From the NCBI GenBank assembly GCA_038087875.1, contig CM075990.1, positions 2,420,001-2,484,000 on the forward strand: DNA of 64,000 nt, written 5' to 3'. The position numbers and the translations under genes are program-made. Within the stretch, counting starts at the first letter, position 1. Every line of letters begins with the position of its first letter. This stretch comes from Malacoraja senta. Its lineage: Eukaryota. The notes under the pieces were generated by a model. It did no database searches, was not told the origin of the DNA, and saw only the letters and a program-made list of their open reading frames with translations. Positions 57,522 to 64,000 of this stretch are shown here, piece by piece.

Positions 57522-60169
57522 TGAGTCCACTCCAGGGTCACACGTAATCCATACCGGGCCTCTGGGGCAAAAATTGGCAACAGAAACAAAAATTCTTGCC
57601 AAAGATTTCCAGTCTTTTGTGAATGTGTTTGTGCACTGAGAGCACCTACACCAGGCACTGCCTTAAGATGGCGGCATCTATCATCAAGGGGCCGCTCCAT
57701 CCGAGACGTGGCCTCTTCTCACTGCTGCCGTCGGGCAGGAGGTACAGAAGCCTGAAATCCCTCACCACCAGCTTCAGGAATAGTTACTTTCTTACAACCA
57801 AACTGCTGAACCTCAGAGATACAGCATCGAAACAGGCCCTTCGGCCCACCGCATCCACGCCGACCAGCGATTTCCATACACGAGCACTATACTACACACA
57901 CCCTAGGGACAATGTACAATTTTTCCGAAGCCAATTATCCAACAAAGCTGTACGTACTTGGAGTGTGGGAGGAAACTGGAGCACCCGGAGAAAACACACG
58001 CGGTCACAGGGAGAACGTACAAACTCCATACAGACAGCACCCGTAGTTAGGATTGTACCGGGGTCTCTGGCGCTGTGAGGCAGCAACTCTACCGCTGCAT
58101 CATAGCTCTAGTAAACTCAAAATTATAAAGCCTGGTTAAAATATAATATGCCAGATGGAAGCATTAACATGCATGCATATTAATACAAATGCAAATTAAT
58201 ATAAATGCAAATGGACTTCAATGGACATTATTATCTACATGATGATACATATAGTGAGAGTCAGGTCATTGCTGATATCTAACTGTGGATGTTAAATGTG
58301 CCAAATTCACCAAACGAAATGTCACCCATTCATGTTCTCCAGGGATGCTGCCTGACATAGTGAGTTACTCCAACACTTTGCATCTTTCTTCATAAACCAG
58401 CATCTGCAGTTCCTTGTTTTGTACGTTGCACTGAACAATCTCCCTTCTGCCGTTTCCCACGGTTGTTCTTACAATGAAGAGAATATAACCTTTGGCAGAA
58501 GATTCGGTGCAAAGACTTCAGGATTTGACCAAGTAGACATCCGCAGTGGTATGAATATTGACTTCTCTAACTTCAAGTAACCCTTGCTTTCCCTCTCTCT
58601 CCATCCCTCCCCCTTCCTAGTTCTCCGACCAGTCTGACTGTCCCCCTGATTAAATTTTATCTCTGTATGCTTCGATCTCACCTTCGAGCTAACAATTATC
58701 TATTCTACTTTTTCCTTGACCTGCATCTCCTTGTTGAGCTCTCTCTCCCCTGACTCTCAGTCTGAAGAATGGTCTTGACCCGAAACGTCACCCATTCCTT
58801 TCATTCAGAGATGCTGCCTGTCCCACTGAGTTACTCCAGCATTTTATGTCTATCTTCATTGTAAACCAGCATTTGCAGTTCCTTCTTACACATTTTATTA
58901 GCTCTACACCACTGTATACTCCCATATAACCTACACCCCAGAGAGGTGAGAGTACTGCACTATGCAAGGTCCAAGAAACACTCAGAAACCATCTGAAGAA
59001 GGGTATCGACCTGAAAAGTCACGATTCCTTTTCTTCCAGGATGCTGCCTGATCTGCAGAGTAAATTTTGTGTCTATCTTCGATGTAAACCAGCATCTGCA
59101 GTTCCTTCCTACACCGACACAAGGAACTGCAGATGCTGGTTTAACAAAAATAGACACAATGTGTTGGTGTATCTCAGCATCTCTGGAGGGTTCAAAGAAA
59201 GAGCGTTCATGTCACGGCCCTGTTTCCACCAATCTGGAGGCTGCAGCGAATCGTCCGATCAGCAGAGAAGGTTATTGGCTGCAACCTTCCCTCCATTGAT
59301 GAATTGTACACTGCAAGGGCCAGGAAGTGAGCGGACAAGATCATCTCTGACCCCTCTCACCCTGGCCACAAACTCTTTGAATTACTTCCCTCTGGAAGGC
59401 GACTCCAGACTGTCAAAGCTGCCACAGCCAGACATCAAAACAGCTTTTATCCACGAGTAGTTGCTCTACTCAACAGCCAAAAATCTGTAGCTCCCTTTGA
59501 TCTGGTATTTTGTTGGTTCACATGGTGTTTTATCATTAATGTTTTATTATTATTAATGTTTAATGTTTTCTGAGTCATTCGTAACTGTCACTGTATGTCA
59601 TGTTTACTACTTGTGGGCGGAGCACCAAGGCAAATTCCTTGTATGTGAATACTTGGCCAATAAACGTACTTACTTACTTACTTACTTTCCGCCACCATGC
59701 ACAAGAAGCACAAGAAGCGCAAGACGCCATTGTATGCGGATGCCGAGAAGTGTGTCAGCTCTAGCTGAACAATTTCTAATCTTGTGATGTGGACTCGATA
59801 AGAAGAAGAAGCACCTCTGGAGAACATAGATAGGTGTAATTCAGTGAGCCCTGCTTCACTAGGAGAGAGTTCACCAGGAACTGAGGCTGCGAGAGATGGC
59901 AACCTCTCCTTGGGCCAGGGTGGACTGGTGTTTGCGAGACCAAGCTGTCAGCACAGTCACTGAAAATAAATGTTAGTCAACGTCTCTAAATGAGGTGGCG
60001 CAGAAGGCCTGAGCTACAGGGAGGTTGAGCAGGCTAGGACTCTATTCCTTGGAGTACAGGGGGATGAGGGGTGATCTTATAGAGATGTACAAAGCCGTGA
60101 GAGGAACAGATTAGATAAATGCACAGAGTTTCTTGCCCAGAGTAGTGGAATTGAGAACCAGAGGACACA

Positions 60170-61786
60170 CAGTGGCTTGCAAAAGTATTCATACCCCTTG
60201 AACTTTTCCACATTTTGTCACGTTACAACCACAAACGTAAATCTATTTTATTGGGATTTTATGTGATAGACCAACACAAAGTGGCGCATAATTGTGAAGT
60301 GGAAGGAAAATGATACATGGTTTTCAAATTTTTTTACTAATGAAAAACTGAAAAGTGTCGCGTGCAAAAATATTCAGCCCCCTTTACTCTGATACCCCTA
60401 AATAAAATCCAGTGCAACCAATTGCCTTCAGAAGTCACCTAATTAGTAAATAGAGTCCACTTGTGTGTAATCTAATCTCAGTATAAATACAGCTGTTCTG
60501 TGAAGGCCTCAGAGGTTTGTTAGAGAACATTAGTGAACAAACAGCATCATGAAGCCCAAGGAACACACCAGACAGGTCAGGGATAAAGTTATGGAGAAGT
60601 TTAAAGCAGGGTTAGGTTATAAACAAATATCCCAATCTTTGAACATCTCACGGAGCACTGTTCAATCCATCATCCGAAAATGGAAAGAGTATGGCACAAC
60701 TGCAAACCTACCAAGACATGGCCGTCCACCTAAACTGACAGGCCGGGCAAGGAGAGCATTGATCAGAGAAGCAGCCAAGAGGCCCATGGTAACTCTGGAG
60801 GAGCTGCAGAGATCCACAGCTCAGGTGGGAGAATCTGTCCACAGGACAACTATTAGTCGTGCACTCCACAAATTGGGCCTTTATGGAAGAGTGGCAAGAA
60901 GAAAGCCATTGTTGAAAAAAAGCCATAAGAAGTCCCGTTTGCAGTTTGCCACAAGCCATGTTGGGGACACAGCAAACATGTGGAGGAAGGTGCTCTGGTC
61001 AGATGAGACCAAAATTGAAGTTTTTGGCCTAAATGCAAAACGCTATGTGTGGCGGAAACCTAACACTGCACATCACCCTGAACACACCATCCCCACTGTG
61101 AAACATGGTGGTGGCAGCATCATGCTGTGGGGATGCTTTTCTTCAGCAGGGGCAGAGAAGCTGGTCAGAGTTGATGGGAAGATGGATGGAGCCAAATACA
61201 GGGCAATCTTGGAAGTAAACCTGTTAGAGTCTGCAAAAGACTTGAGACTGGGGCGGAGGTTCACCTTCCAGCAGGACAACGACCCTAAACATACAGCCAG
61301 AGCTACAATGGAATGGTTTAGATCAAAGCATATTCATGTGTTAGAATGGCCCAGTCAAAGTCCAGACCTAAATCCAATTGAGAATCTCTGGCAAGACTTG
61401 AAAATTGCTGTTCACAGACGCTCTCCATCCAATCTGACTGAGCTTGAGCTATTTTGCAAAGAAGAATGGGCAAAAATTTCAGTCTCTAGATGTGCAAAGT
61501 TGGTAGAGACATACCCCAAAAGACTTGCAGCTGTAATTGCAGCGAAAGGTGGTTCTACAAAGTATTGACTCAGGGGGGCTGAATACTTTTGCACGCCACA
61601 CTTTTCAGTTTTTTATTTGTAAAAAAATTTGAAAACCATGTATCATTTTCCTTCCACTTCACAATTATGCACCACTTTGTGTTGGTCTATCACATAAAAT
61701 CCCAATAAAATACATTTACGTTTGTGGTTGTAACGTGACAAAATCTGGAAAAGTTCAAGGGGTATGAAAACTTTTGCAAGCCACTG
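60170..61786 (+). mobile_element. Tc1/mariner IR/DR transposon (Passport-like), full length
   Basis: ~215-bp TIRs CAGTGGCTTGCAAAAG...CTTTTGCAAGCCACTG with outer and inner direct repeats. Right flank TA, left flank CA. Inserted in a CR1 fragment. Confidence 0.95.
60549..61568 (+). CDS. Intact 339-aa DD34E Tc1 transposase
   Basis: Paired-like HTH, GRPPK, WSDETK, QQDNDPKH-34-SPDLNPIE; upstream TATAAA near 60483. Confidence 0.93.
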   Translation: MKPKEHTRQVRDKVMEKFKAGLGYKQISQSLNISRSTVQSIIRKWKEYGTTANLPRHGRPPKLTGRARRALIREAAKRPMVTLEELQRSTAQVGESVHRTTISRALHKLGLYGRVARRKPLLKKSHKKSRLQFATSHVGDTANMWRKVLWSDETKIEVFGLNAKRYVWRKPNTAHHPEHTIPTVKHGGGSIMLWGCFSSAGAEKLVRVDGKMDGAKYRAILEVNLLESAKDLRLGRRFTFQQDNDPKHTARATMEWFRSKHIHVLEWPSQSPDLNPIENLWQDLKIAVHRRSPSNLTELELFCKEEWAKISVSRCAKLVETYPKRLAAVIAAKGGSTKY

Positions 61787-61909
61787 TAGTTGTAAGGTGA
61801 GGCTGGAAAGATTTAATAGGAACCTGAAGGGTAACTTTTTTACAGAAAGGTTGGTGGTTGTATGGAACAAACTGCCAGAGGAGGTAGTTGAGGCATTTAA
61901 GAAACATTT

Positions 61910-62590
61910 AGTCTATTGTCCATGGATAGACAATAGACAATACACAATAGACAATAGGTGCAGGAGTAGGCCATTCAGCCCTTCAAGCCAGCACCACCAT
62001 TCAATGTGATCATGGCTGATCATCCACAATCAGTACCCCGTTCCTGCCTTCTCCCCATATAACCTGAATCCGCAATCTTTAAGAGCCCTGTCTAGCTCTC
62101 TCTTGAAAGTATCCAGAGAACCTGCCTCCACCGCCCTCTGAGGCAGAGAATTCCACAGACTCACAACTCTCTGTGTGAAAAAGTGTTTCCTCATCTCCGT
62201 CCTAAATGACTTACCCCTTATTCTTAAACTGTGGCCCCTGGTTCTGGATTCCCCCAACATCGGGAACATGTTTCCTGCCTCTAGCGTGTCCAAACCTCTG
62301 TTTAAGAATAAGAAGTAAGCCATTTGGAACGGAGACGAGGAAACACTTTTTCTCACAGAGAGTGGTGAGTCTGTGGAATTCTCTGCCTCAGAGGGAGGTG
62401 GAGGCAGGTTCTCTGGATGCTTTCAAGAGAGAACTAGATAGGGCTCTTAAAAATAGCAGAGTCAGGGGATATGGGGAAAAGGCAGGAACGGGGTACTGAT
62501 TGGCGATGATCAGCCATAATCACATTGAATGGCGGTGCTGGCTCGAAGGGCCAAATGGCCTACTCCTGCACCTATTGTCTATTGTCTATT
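61910..62590. repeat. Two HER1 3' ends in inverted (fold-back) arrangement
   Basis: Minus copy ~61910-62296 is joined directly to plus copy ~62297-62590; ORFs 62030..62356(-) and 62206..62499(+) end in the same C-terminus. Confidence 0.85.
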
Positions 62591-63171
62591 TTCTATCCTT
62601 TTGTAAATCTGTATGTTATCTACATTGATCTCGCTTTCTTAACATTTGTTGTTACATCTCCAAATATTTCCTCTTTCTAAGTTCTTGCTGAGTTCACGTT
62701 GAGAATGATGGTCATGTTTGACGCTACCTTTGGGACAAAATATTCTTACAATAAAAAGCATTTTACCGGGATGCATCACAGCACGGTTTGGTAGCAACTC
62801 CATCTAAGACGGCAAGAAATTGCAGAGTGTTGCGGACGCAGCCCAGGCCATCTCGCAAACCAACCTCCCTTCCACTGAATCCTTTGACACCTCACGCTGC
62901 CTCGGCAAGGCCAGCAGCATAATCAAGGACCAGTCGCACTCCCTCCACTCCCCTCTCCCATCAGGCAAGAGGTAAAGAAGCATGAGAACGCACACCTCCA
63001 GATTCAGGGACAGTTTCTTCCCAGCTTGGGAGTTATGCATCCCAGTTTATGCCCTTCATCCTGTATCTGTACCCTGTGGATGGCTTACTGTAAGTGTAAT
63101 AATTATGAAGAGACTTTCCGCTGACTGGATAGCACACAACAAATAAATTAAACTAAACTAATCTATACTAT

Positions 63172-63575
63172 CATCGGCAGTTACTCGAAACGAGTATGAC
63201 TGTCCTCTCATGGAGGATGCCTGTGCGTGACTTTGTTTAACGTGGGGAGACTGGTGCACAGACAGCCACCCCACGGTCCTTGACAGATCTGGGTCAGGAT
63301 CCAGTGGCATGGAGTCCAAGATGACCGGAGACCCTTTTCTGCTGCAGCCTTCATCCGCCTTCCCAGCCGTCGTGACGCTCCACTAAGGTCAGCCATCGTC
63401 CTCCGCCTGTTCCACCGTTGAGGTCTTGGTTGGATTGCTCTTTGTCAGAGACCTCCCCCTCGACCTTACCGCCGTGGGTGGCCCTACCAGGAGCATAACT
63501 CCAGACGACATCGCTCTCAGGATCTCAGGTCCACACAAGCTTATCCGCCACGACAAGGTGACAATCCACGGAGAG
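63172..63575 (-). mobile_element. Non-autonomous RTE/Expander-derived element
   Basis: Minus-strand start GGATTGTCACCTTGTCGTGG resembles RTE/Expander 5'UTRs; no RT coding; short GAT-type tail. Confidence 0.55.
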
Positions 63576-64000
63576 ACATCCTCCACATCATCCTGCAATG
63601 GTGTGACCAGTATTGCCTGCAATTCTCCAAATGCAGCCGAACCAAAGTCCTATCGAGCTGCCAATAGAGTTTAGTTTAGATAGAGACATAGCATGGAATC
63701 TTTATCTCTAACTGAACTAAACTAAACAATGTGCTTTTATAGAGTGACTATAAATAATGAATTGGTGAAGTAAATGTATTGTTGCTTGTAAGAAGTCTTG
63801 TAAAACAACATTTGTCACTTAGCTACTGAAGGAGATACAAAGGCAGATTGTTGGCCAGAGATGGTCAAAGAAGCATTTTTAAAGAGGTCAAAGAGGTTGT
63901 AGAAGACTGGGGCTTGGCAGACATACATTAGAGATACAACATGGAAACAGGCCCTTCAGCCCACCGAGTCCATGCTGGCCATCGATCACCAGTGCACACA

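Overview
Repeat-dense eukaryotic genomic DNA with no recognisable host protein-coding exon. The very high density of HER1-like CR1 LINEs and HE1-like V-SINEs points to a cartilaginous fish such as a skate, ray or shark (inference). Main contents: (1) a decayed gamma/epsilon-like endogenous retrovirus on the minus strand (~2.05-14.15 kb). It has gag, a read-through TAG, pro-RT-IN, an env TM remnant, a PPT and a tRNA-Arg-like PBS. It also carries a CNPase-like 2H-phosphoesterase domain between PR and RT, two LTRs that do not match each other, three nested retroposons and traces of a tandem duplication with reciprocal deletions. (2) A young Neptune-type Penelope element with an uninterrupted RT+GIY-YIG ORF and 467-bp inverted pLTRs with hammerhead-like cores, plus many dispersed pLTR derivatives. 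(3) An intact Passport-like DD34E Tc1 transposon. (4) hAT and Harbinger MITEs, a Helentron-like element, solo LTRs, Rex1/L2/Tx1 fragments and an RTE-derived element with a candidate HDV-like ribozyme. (5) A few repeat-free islands that may be enhancers. There is a 200-N gap at 20127-20326. Family names come from motif recognition only; no database search was run.
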